IMG/VR virus record: IMGVR_UViG_3300021256_000058
Coordinates: 117,823 to 181,822 of that record
DNA length: 64,000 nucleotides
Strand: one strand, 5' to 3'
DNA from: a virus
Lineage: Duplodnaviria; Heunggongvirae; Uroviricota; Caudoviricetes
Positions 1-10,900 of this stretch are shown piece after piece. Each line of letters begins with the position of its first letter. The stretch's first letter is position 1. Under the pieces are notes generated by a model. That model ran no database searches, was not told where the DNA came from, and worked only from the letters and a program-made list of their open reading frames with translations. Both the position numbers and the translations under genes were made by a program.

Positions 1-698
1 CTACCTTTAGCGTTGCTAGCCCAGACACTCCCGCAAATAATTTCTTAGATACTTCCGGTCGTAAAGTATTGGTAGTTAATTGTACTTCTAATAGCGAATA
101 TGAACCAAAAGATCAGTTTAAGATTACTTGGAAAGATAAAGTTACTGGCGATGATTCAACTGAGACTCAGGTTGGTGTTGTTCAACAAGTAACCGAGGCT
201 TCTACTATTACTGCGGGCGGGGCTGAAGGTGTTCCTAGCGAAGCTCGTGCTCTCTATGATCACACCTTTAGTGCAAGCATTGTTGCTACTAGAAATGGTG
301 ATGATAGTGCAGTTCCAGAAATTAAGACCTTCCGTGTAACCGCAGATCCAGAGCAGTATCCTCCTCAGTTAGCTTTGACTTCTGAGAATGTTACTTTGGA
401 GTCTAATACTGACGTTAAGACTGTTACTGTAAGTGTTACTAATATTGATAACATTAATAGTGATGGTTATACCTATCAGTGGTATAAAGACCTTGGTACT
501 ACTAATGCTCACGTTGTTGATGATGTTGATATTGCGCTCCCTGGTGAGACCAGTGCAACAATTCAGTTCAGTGAGACTAATACTAACATTGGCCAAGGCG
601 GTATCGGTAACTGGTACTTCTGTGCTGTTACTAACACTTTGAACGGTAAGAATAAGACCGTTTACTCTAATAGCGTATATCTCGGTAAGAGCTACTAA
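1..698 (+). CDS. Ig-like domain structural protein, 5' partial (open to the window edge)
   Basis: The frame is open from nt 3 with no stop. The C-terminal ...GNWYFCAVTNTLNG... segment resembles an Ig-fold strand pattern. It ends in TAA, and an RBS-bearing gene follows. Confidence 0.5.
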   Translation, partial: TFSVASPDTPANNFLDTSGRKVLVVNCTSNSEYEPKDQFKITWKDKVTGDDSTETQVGVVQQVTEASTITAGGAEGVPSEARALYDHTFSASIVATRNGDDSAVPEIKTFRVTADPEQYPPQLALTSENVTLESNTDVKTVTVSVTNIDNINSDGYTYQWYKDLGTTNAHVVDDVDIALPGETSATIQFSETNTNIGQGGIGNWYFCAVTNTLNGKNKTVYSNSVYLGKSY

Positions 699-722
699 TA
701 TTAATGAAAGGAGCAAAATATT

Positions 723-1379
723 ATGTCTTTATCAAGTAATGTTAGAGAATATAATGAGTTACTGTGGAAAATTCAAGACCAAAACAAACCTGTAACTGCC
801 ATTTTGCTCCCTAGCGATGAACTGTTGGGTGAAATTGACTTGGAGGGTCGTACTGCGATCCTCCCGGTCCTTGATCCCACTGACCCAACATTTTTAAGTG
901 TACAGCATGACCATTATGCGGAAACTGTTTACTTTAAATGTGCAAGATACTTTGATAATACTGACTTAGCTACTACTGTATGTATCATTCAGTATGTCAA
1001 TGCAAATGGGAAGCAAGGTATCTATCGGGTTCCTTTCTATGATGTAGTGACTTATAGGGATGAAAATATAATGCTCGTTCCTTGGTGTATTGATGGTCTT
1101 GTTACCGAAGCAATGGGCGAAATTCAATTTGCTATCAGATTTTATTTGATCGATCCGGAGAGTATTGCGGTACTCGCGGATGGAACTCATGATGTCGATA
1201 GAATGCGTTATTTGTACAATTTAAATACGCTCCCTCAGACTGCGAAGGTTAAATATGGTTTGGATGCGTTGAGTACAAATGAGGAAACAGATGTTCCGCC
1301 TTCTGTTGTTGAATATTTGCTGCAGAGAGTGCAGGATTTGGAAGACAATACAGATTTATGGTGGACTGATATGTTTTAA
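723..1379 (+). CDS. hypothetical protein of the structural module
   Basis: A 218-codon ORF preceded by the RBS aaaggagcaaaatatt. It contains no internal TAG and ends in TAA. Confidence 0.55.
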   Translation: MSLSSNVREYNELLWKIQDQNKPVTAILLPSDELLGEIDLEGRTAILPVLDPTDPTFLSVQHDHYAETVYFKCARYFDNTDLATTVCIIQYVNANGKQGIYRVPFYDVVTYRDENIMLVPWCIDGLVTEAMGEIQFAIRFYLIDPESIAVLADGTHDVDRMRYLYNLNTLPQTAKVKYGLDALSTNEETDVPPSVVEYLLQRVQDLEDNTDLWWTDMF

Positions 1380-1392
1380 TTAAGAGATTAAG

Positions 1393-1460
1393 GGGGATGC
1401 GTGAAGCTGGCTTTAATGCTGCCATTAGGCGGCGGTCCGCGCATCCCCATTTTCTTTTTA
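1393..1460 (+). terminator. stem-loop with 9-bp GC stem plus T-rich tail
   Basis: gggggatgcg...cgcatcccc forms a 9-bp stem around a roughly 38-nt loop, followed by attttcttttt. A second 6-bp hairpin gcgagc-gaa-gctcgc lies at about 1505-1520. Confidence 0.4.
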
Positions 1461-1590
1461 CCTTTTGGTATTATATTAAAATAAAAAATAAAAAATATAA
1501 GCGAGCGAGCGAAGCTCGCGAGAAAGGAGACCCACTCCGTGTCACTTTAGGTATGGTTGCCCTTGGATGGCAATCTAAATAACTAGGGGA

Positions 1591-2799
1591 TTGCCTCTTG
1601 CTCGGCAACGGCCGGGGGGGGTATCCGTTTCAAATGATGGAAAGATTGGCTAGTGTTATTATTTTGATGGCTCTGGATATTTATAGTTTGATAGTACAAT
1701 AACTAATGTCATTAGTTCTCTTAATGAAATTACTTTTAGTTTTTGGGCAAAACCTACAACTACTACAGGTATTTAGGGTATTTTTCTTATTCGCCAAGGT
1801 GCTTCCTCTCATTAGATAAACTTTACTAATACTGGTATTGTATATAGAGATGCGGCTCACTCATCTCAGACTACTATTGCTTACCCTGCGGCAGTACAAG
1901 ATATATGGACTCATTATCTTTTTAGTTATGCTCATGGTAATTGGATTGTTTATATAAATGCAGCTCTTATTACAAATTAGGGATATACTGGTACAACTCA
2001 TTTAAATGCTAATCTTAATGAAGTAAGAATAGGACGTGCGCAATCATCTTCAGGCAATATTTATTATACTGGATATATAAATGATTTTCGTATTTATAAC
2101 CATGCATTAGCTGCTGAAGAAGTCCGTTCAATAGTTGCTAATGGTTTAATGATTCATTATCCTCTTAATGGTATGCCAGGAGATAGTGACAATATTGAAT
2201 ACGATATTTCGGGTTATCATAATGATGCGGAAATTGTAGGTATTGGCAAACAAGGATTTATTAGTTCATTAGCTGCACCTAGATATGCACAATCTTATGC
2301 CGGGTTTAGTTTAACTAAATACATAAAAAATGCTGATGTAGCATATGACAGTGGAATATGGTCAATATCTTGTTGGGCTCGTAGTGCTGTGCAACCAAGT
2401 GCTTATGAATCTATTTTTTGTTTAGCGAAAGCTGATGGTGAAGATGCTAATAAAAAAGCTTGTATATGTTATTCACCAACAGCTAATACAATATGGTATG
2501 AACTTGAAAATAAGTCCGGTAATATAGCTGGTATATCATATACAAAATGGTATCATTTTGTAATGACTTGTGATGGGTCTACTGGTAAAGTTTATATTGA
2601 TAATGAATTAAAAGCTACTCAAACAGGAATTACAGTTAGAACAGGATGCCATAATTTAGGTATAGGCTGTAGAAGTGAAAATGACGCATTTACTACTGGC
2701 GTTAGACCATTTACTGCTGGCAATCTTTCCGATTTTAGATTTTATACAAAATGTTTAACGGCTGATGAAGTCAGCCAACTTTATAATATGGGTGTTTAA
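1591..2799 (+). CDS. tandem LamG/ConA-like jelly-roll domain protein; TAG read as sense
   Basis: One frame runs from the TAA at 1576 to the TAA at 2797-2799. Its only internal stops are TAG, for example at 1651, 1684 and 1774. It contains two LamG_3-type C-terminal signatures, FRIYNHALAAEEVRSI and FRFYTKCLTADEVSQLYNMGV. The start is uncertain; the TTG at 1591 has poor SD spacing. Confidence 0.5.
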
Positions 2800-2846
2800 T
2801 GCCCCTTCTTCGGGTTATTAACGCCCGGAGAGGAGGATAAACTCTT

Positions 2847-5309
2847 TTGAGTTTACAAATTTGGTTACCATTAAATGGGGATGCTCGTAATATTGGTATT
2901 AACGGGACGGTTCCTACAGCTTAGAATATTACTTATGAAAATAATGGTAAAATTGGGAAAACTGCTTATTTTAATGGTTCTGATAGTGGTATATTAATCC
3001 CAGGTTATTCATTGCCTTCTGGCTCTAGTGATTGGTCATTTGCTGCTTGGGTAAAACCTACCGATGCTATGAGTGGAGCCGCATGTTTTTTAATGAGTTG
3101 TCGTACTGCATCATCTAATGCAGGATATGCTATATTTCTTTATCCTCCTAGTAGAGTGACCATATATAATGGCGGTGGTGGAGGAGATTATTCAGAAACA
3201 GATATTATAGAATTAAATAAATGGCATCATGTTGCTTATAGTATTACTGGAGCAATAATAAAATTATATATAGATGGAATTTTAAAGTATACTGCTAACA
3301 GTGGTAATAATCATATACCAAATACTTATGGTATTGCAATTGGCGGAGCGCAAAATAGTGGAGGGAATGCTAATATTACAAATTAGCGATTTAAAGGTTA
3401 TATGCAAGATGTACGCATTTATAATAATGCGCTTTCAGAAATTGAAATTCAAGAATTAGCAAAAGGATTAATTTTACATTATCCTATGTCTGGAACACCA
3501 TATAGTAATTTAAATAGTATAAGAACTAATTAGTTACCTTCTGACTATCAAGAAGTTGAATACGTAGAAAATGATAAAGATGGTTTAGCTTATATTAATT
3601 TAGGTTTAAGTTTTCCTGATCCATATAATGGTGAGATTAAAATGATTGGGACCGTAGCTTGTTCTAATTTAACAGGAGCACGATAGTTATTTGCTGGTTT
3701 CGGACCAGGAAATAAAGGTAATTATTTAGAATTTTATTCTAATAATAAAATAGGTGTATTTAATGCTTACAGTGGCCCAGCATGTATAGAAAATCATCCT
3801 TATCATTTTGAGTTTGGTTTAAATGCTAGTAGAACTTATGTTAAAGCCAATGGGGTTACTAATACTAGTACTGGTGCTTAGAGTGGCTCATATTTTAATA
3901 GCGGTTATATGTTTACTTTTGCTGGAAGTACTGGCTAGGCAAAAAATATTCGTTTTTATCATACTATTGTATATGATAGTGACATAAAAGTAAGAGATCT
4001 ATACCCTTGTTATCGTATATCTGATAATAAAGTAGGATTTTATGATATTGTAAGTAACACTTTCTTTTAGAATGCTAATACTTCTAGTACGCCAGGTGAA
4101 TTAACTTGTGGCCCATTGGTAAAAAAAATACCTGATACTTATTTGCCATTAGAATATATTTAGAGTGATGGTTAGCAATATATTGATACTGGTTATATTC
4201 CAAATACTAATTCAGAAGTAAGAACTACATTAATGCATTTAAGTAATACTTCAAGTGCTAATTTTTTGTATGGTTCTAGAACTGGTAGTAGTGTTGGTGA
4301 ATTTTATTTCTTTATTTATCCTTAGTTAAATAGTGTCCATTATGGTTATTCAAATAGTGGTAATCGAAGTATTGGTACAATACCAAAATTAAAAGATAAT
4401 GTATTTACTATTTATCATAATAAAGGTTTTGTTATCGTTAATATGAATAATATTAAAGTTACTACAAATGTAACTAATGGAGCATTCACGGGTACTCGTC
4501 CTATGTTTTTATTCGCGATATAGAGTGGTACTACATGGGATGGCCAAAGAGGGCCAGAAAGGATTTATAATTTTGAAATTTTAGAATCTGGTATCCCAAG
4601 AAGAGATTTCCGCCCTTCTTTACGGAAATCTGATTCTGTTCCAGGCATGTATGATTTAGTAAATGATGTATTTTATATTAAAGGTGCTAATTCTACAGGT
4701 GAATTTACTTATGGGTATATTGCAAATGGAGCTAAAGAATGGGACATTTCTGGCCATGGCTACAATTTAACTGCGAATCAAGATTTATCATTATTTATAA
4801 AAGATAATTCTAAGCGTTATAATTATAATTATTTAACTGCTTCTGGGAAATATTTTACTACACCAACAATAGGTAGCGCATGGAGGACTGTATCTTTTTG
4901 GTTTTATCCAGTAATAGCCCCAGCAACTATGCAAGTATTATGGGCAGATTACGAATCTCATGCTGCTTGTGGTTTTTATCCTAATAGCAATACTTTATTA
5001 GTTTCAAGAGATAATTATAAACTTGTTTTTACAATTAATAATATTAGTACAACTAATTGGAATCATATTGTATTAATATATAATGAAAATAAAGAACCGA
5101 TTAAAGCTTATTGTAATAATATAGCTTTAACTGGAACTGCAAGTGGAAGTGGTAATTATTGGAGACATAATGCTCAAATTTTGGAAATTAATGGACGTGA
5201 AAATACTGGAGAAAGTAGTTTAGCTTATTAGATTTCTGATTTTAGAGTATATGCAATAGAATTATCTGATATTGAAATAGAAAAATTATATAATATGAAA
5301 AAAGCATAA
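2847..5309 (+). CDS. LamG-like receptor-binding/fibre protein of about 820 aa with at least 11 in-frame TAG
   Basis: A TTG start follows the RBS ggagaggagga. The N-terminus reads SLQIWLPLNGDARN, and the LamG signatures are VRIYNNALSEIEIQEL and FRVYAIELSDIEIEKLYNM. The whole 2.46 kb frame is interrupted only by TAG and ends in TAA at 5307-5309. Confidence 0.6.
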
Positions 5310-5315
5310 TTATAT

Positions 5316-5352
5316 TGGGAGAACCAAATTAATTGGTTTTCCCAATTTTTTA
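5316..5352 (+). terminator. hairpin plus T-run
   Basis: gggagaaccaa-attaa-ttggttttccc, with one G-U pair, followed by aatttttta. Confidence 0.45.
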
Positions 5353-5388
5353 TTATATTATAGAAATCTAAGAGAGGTGGTAAAATAA

Positions 5389-7806
5389 ATGTCTTTATAG
5401 GTTTGGTTGCCTCTTAATGGAAATGCTAATAATTATGGGCTTATTAAAGGTTCTATTACAAATAATGGGGTTACTTTTTCTGGAGCTGGGAAAATAGGAG
5501 TAAATAGTGTATTTGCAAATAATAAAAATGTTGTAATTACTGGAATTAATATTACTAAAAATGAATGGACAGTTGCTATTTGGGCAAAACATAATAACGC
5601 TACTGCGACAGATCCTAATATGCTGTTTTCTTGTGGCACTAATGGTAATTATACGCATACTCAATTTGCTTTACATTTATAGTCAGACAGTAAACATTAT
5701 TATGGTGTTGTTAATACTAATGCTTATGCTTCTTTTATTCCCATAGACAATATTGCAGAATGGCATCATATTGTAATGAGTTATGATGGACAAACTCTTA
5801 AAGCTTATTTAAATGGTTAGCTAGTAAATACTATTAATGAAAATTTAACACTATTCCAAGGAAATAAAATCAGTATAGGATCTTATTATGCAAATAGTAC
5901 ATCTACTAATTGGCATGGCGGGCTATAGGATTTCCGTGTGTATGACCATGTTCTTACAGATTCTGAAATTTGGCATTTAGCTAACCCAGAAGTATATCAT
6001 TATCATATGAATGATATTAATAATGGTTATAAAAATTATATTTATAAAAAATTACCTGATGAGTACTAGGAAGTTAAATATATTGAATCAACTGGTACAT
6101 AGTATATTAATACTAATTATACAAATGATACAGCAACATCTATTAGAATGAAATATAGATTTTCTGCAACTGAAGTAGGCGCTAATAAAGTAATTGTTGG
6201 CTCTGAAACATCAGGGCATCAATATACTGGAGCATTAGTGCTTAATGGTAATTTATATAGTGGTACATCTATAAGTTATTTTAACACTGGTACATTAACA
6301 GTCAATACTGATTATATATATGATTATTATAGTAGTAATTCTGAAGCATATGTATATAAAAATGGAGTAAAATTTACTAAAACAAGTAATTTAGGGGTTA
6401 ATTGTACTTATGCACCTTGTATTTTTGCTCATAATGCTGGTGGCACAATTAATTAGTATTCTAAATGTAAATTATATTCTTTTTAGTTATATGTTAATAA
6501 TGTTTTATAGCGTAATATGCGTCCTTGCTATCGCAAATCTGATAATAAGCCTGGTATGTATGATTTAACTAATGGGGTATTCTATACTAATGCTGGTTCT
6601 GGAGAATTTATATATGGGCCTATTATAAAAGCTTTGCCAAAAGAATATGTGCCAGTTGAATATTTATAGAGTACTGGTACACAATACTTAGATATGAATA
6701 TGAAGCGTAATTCTGTTAATTTCAGAATTATTGTAGAACAAGAATTTCCAACTTCAACTGGAGAAAGAGATGTAGCTGGTTCATATTCTTCTGGAGCTGC
6801 AGCTGGGGCATTAGTATGCGGTTAGGCCTATGATCCAGCTAAATTATTTATATATAATAAAAGTTACACAAATGCTTAGATAGCTCAACCTATTTTTATG
6901 CAAAATGTGAAACAATAGGTTGAATATGGCACAACAGCTTCATAGCATTATATCCAAATTGGAACGACTAAAGACTTCAAGGCAACTACTAATTTGCCCG
7001 CATCAGATACTAATAATCTTTTTATATTCGCAGGAGGGCCTTCTAATTATTCCAATGCAATAAATGTAAAGATCTATTCATTAGATATAATAGAAGATAA
7101 TATTTTAAAAAGAGCATTACGTCCTTGTTTACGTATTTCTGATAAAAAACCTGGTATGTATGATCTTGCAAATGATATATTTTATATTAATCAAGGTTCT
7201 GGTGAATTCGTATATGGTTCTTAGAATGAATTAATAAAAAATAATAATGCATGGGGACAAAACTATCAAGGGATCTTAAATATAAAAACAGTATAGAATA
7301 ATAATACTCCGCGGTATAGCTCAAGTACCTTTATTGGCACCCCAGCTCGCAATCCGATGCTCACTTTTGGAGAAAGTAGTACTACTAAAAATGCATTAAC
7401 AGATTGTACTGTCAGTTTTTGGATAAAGAAAAAAGCTAATGAAGAAAATATGGTTTTAGGGTCTGGTCCTTATATAGGGGCTATTTCTGGGTCTAAGTTT
7501 TATACTTAGAATGCTGGCACTACTATACAATTATATAAAGATGGAATAGAATATCCTATAACTTCTACTGAATCTAATAACGTACTTTATTTTAACGGTG
7601 CGGCTACGCCAGACACTAATTGGCATCATTTTTGTTTAACTCATGTTAATTTTTCAGCATGGAGTTCAATTATCATGAATAATTATGGTTCTGGCTCAAC
7701 ATGGGATACAAATTCTGATATTTCAGATTTTCGTATTTTTGCAACGGTTCTAACCGCAGATGACATTCAAAAGCTCTATGCTATGGGTCATCCGCCAACA
7801 ACATAA
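5389..7806 (+). CDS. LamG-like receptor-binding/fibre protein, paralog of 2847..5309, with about 16 in-frame TAG
   Basis: An ATG follows the RBS gagaggtgg. The N-terminus is M S L TAG V W L P L N G, parallel to SLQIWLPLNG in the paralog. LamG signatures are FRVYDHVLTDSEIWHL and FRIFATVLTADDIQKLYAMG. The frame is broken only by TAG and ends in TAA at 7804-7806. Confidence 0.6.
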
Positions 7807-7897
7807 GGCCAAATATATTTAATTATAATTTTACTTTTTTCAAATTCTTTGAAAGAGGTAAGATACCAATTTCACCTACATTATTTTAAACATATAT

Positions 7898-7930
7898 ATA
7901 GGGGAGAGGTATAACCTCTCCCCTATTTTT
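7898..7930 (+). terminator. rho-independent terminator
   Basis: A perfect hairpin ggggagaggt-ataa-cctctcccc is followed by a T7 run. A second hairpin, ccctcc...ggaggg, lies just downstream. Confidence 0.7.
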
Positions 7931-7993
7931 TTATTATATGCCCTCCACCTGCTAAGGCCCGGAGGGACTTTAGCAGAAAGGAGATGCTGAAGA

Positions 7994-10900
7994 TTGGCAC
8001 TCTTCAAAATAAGTCAAGGTAATAGTAGCAACCTCCCTACAAATTATCATAATGGATATTGTTACTTTACTATTGATGAAGGTAAGTTATATATCGACTT
8101 TCCTGGCACAGGAGAAGATCAATAGGTAGTAGATGGCGAAACTTTAATACGCCGTCCATTGAATGCGAACCGTGCGGACTTCGTTGGATACGCTCTTACG
8201 CTCGAGTTTGATGGCGATGCACAGCCTAACTATAATGGTTCTACTCCTCGAACCTATAATATTACTCCAGAAGCAATTAGTGCGGTCCGCCGTAACGGAG
8301 ATACTATTCCAGGTCCATTAACTCTTAATGGCGTGTTCACAGTGAATAATGACGCATACATTGACAGTGCAACTGTAGGCGATTTACTTATCAATGGCGG
8401 GACACGTTTCATCGGAGACGTGAATGCAGGTAAGATTACCGCGTCTAGCTTTGTCGGTCCTCTTACCGGGAACGCCACAAGCGCAGATAAAGTAAACCAT
8501 TATATATCAATTCAAATTAATGGTACAGAAAAAGCTCATTATGATGGTTCGGCTAACCAATCGGTTAACCTGACCGCCGAATCCCTTGGTTTACTTGGAA
8601 ACACTACTAAGTATGCTCTTGGCGATGCAGTAGGCGGTAATGCGGTAGCCGCAAATAAATTAACTGTCAATGCAGGTTCTTTAACTCGTCCAGTTTACTT
8701 CTCTGCTGGTGTACCAGTAGCAATAAGTAATACTGATGAAATTGACTTAATTGCTAAACAAGCAAATAGTGTAAAGGAAAATCTTATTATAGAAGCCAGA
8801 GACACTGAGTTATGGCGTTATAATGGTAGTATTTCCCGCACACTAAATCTTACTCCAAGTTTAATTGGAGCTTTCGATATTATAGAAGGTTCTACTGTCC
8901 AAGGCGAATCTATTTTTAATAATGTAGTTTACTTAAATGATGAAACATATGCTGACTCAATGACTATTGAGAATGCAATCGTCACAGGCGCGCTTCGTGT
9001 AGTTGGTGACTTAAATGGTTCTGTTATTAATGCAACTACATTTAATGGAAATTTGAACGGAAATGCAACATCAGCCAACAAAGTAAATCATTGGTTGAAA
9101 ATCCAATTCGATGGTACAGATAAAGCTCAATATGATGGATCGGGAGATAACAAAACTGTTAATATCACCCCAGCTGCTATTGGAGCTTTGTCTACTACAA
9201 CCAAATATGCTGCTTCCGCATCTGTTGGTGGCTCAGCTCTTAGTGCGGAAAAGCTTAATGCTAATGCTGGCGATGCTACGCACCCAATATATTTCGCAAA
9301 TGGTGTCCCGGTTCAAGTCTCTGGAACCTAGGCTATTAACGTTTCATCTGCGGATAAAGTAAATCATTCTTTGCGAGTTGATTTAGACGGTACCACCGCA
9401 GTCACTTATGATGGTGATACTGAAAATAAAAGTGTAGATATTACCCCAGAAGCAATCAATGCTCTCCGCAATACTACGAAATATGCCGGGTCTAACTCGG
9501 TCGGTGGAGCAGCGATTAGCGCAAATAAATTAAATACAAATGCGGGCGATGCTACACATCCAGTTTACTTTGCTAATGGTGTTCCGGTCCAGGTTTCTGG
9601 TACTTAGGCAATTAATGTAGCAAGTGCTGATAAATTAAATCATTATGTAAGTATTTCAGCCGATGGAACTGAAAAAATCCATTTTGATGGATAGAATAAT
9701 GATTCATTTGATATAACCCCAGAAATAATCAATGCAGTAAGACGTAATGGTGATACGATCCCAGGTCCTCTTACTTTGAACGGGGTATTCACTGTAAATA
9801 ATGATGCTTACATTGATAGTGCTACCATCGGTGACCTCTTGGTTAATGGCGGCACTAGATTCGTGGACGATGTGAATGCAGGAAAAATTACTGCAAACAA
9901 TTTTGTTGGCCCATTAACAGGTAATGCTACAAGTGCGGATAAGGTAAATCATTACGTATCTATTCAAATCAACGGAACTGAAAAGGTTCATTATGATGGT
10001 TCCGCGAATCAGTCAGTGAATTTAACTCCTGAGTCTCTTGGTTTGTTAGGTGCTACAACAAAATATGCACTTGGTGATGCTGTTGGTGGCAATGCGGTCA
10101 AGGCTAACGCGCTGAACGTGTCAGCGGCAATTGGTTCTACGACCCGCCCCGTATACATCCCATCATCTGGCGTTCCCGCAGTAATCAGCAATACCGCTGA
10201 AATTGATTTAATCGCTAAGAAGGCTAATAGCCTTAAAGAGAGTTATATCTATTCATTACGTGGCACTGAACAGTGGCGTTATGATGGTTCTACTCAGCGC
10301 ACTTTGGATATTACTCCAAATGACATGGGTATCTTCGATACACTCGAAGGATCTACTGTTCAAGGCGAATCTGTTTTCAATAACGTCGTATATTTGAACG
10401 ATGAAACTTATGCAGATTCAATGACTATTGAAAATGCTATTGTAACAGGGGCCCTACGTGTTGTAGGCGATCTTAATGGTAGCGTAATTAATGCGACTAC
10501 TTTTAACGGTAGTTTGAATGGCAATGCGACTAGTGCAAATAAAGTTAATCAAACTCTTACTATTGAATTAAATGGTACAGCGCAGCCATCATATGATGGT
10601 AGTATTGCCAGACGTATTGAAATTACTCCTGCTTCAATCGGCGCTTTGGCAAGTACCGCAAACTATGCAGGTAGCTCTTCAACAGGAGGACCTGCAACAA
10701 GCGCCCAAAAGCTGAACACTAATGCAGGTTCAGATATTTTGCCTGTCTACTTTACTGGCGGTGTACCCGCAGCAGTAAGTACATCAAAACAAATAAACAT
10801 TCTTGCTCGTGAGGCAAGTAAAACAACTTATAATTTAGCCATCGCTTTTGATGGCACTAATGCTGTCACTTTTGATGGTAGCACTCAAAATAAATCAATT

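Noticed and set aside
1397-1582. The 61-aa + ORF in the 723/LamG intergenic region.
   Set aside because: It spans two GC hairpins and an A/T-rich tract and has no RBS. The region looks like a terminator and leader rather than coding sequence.
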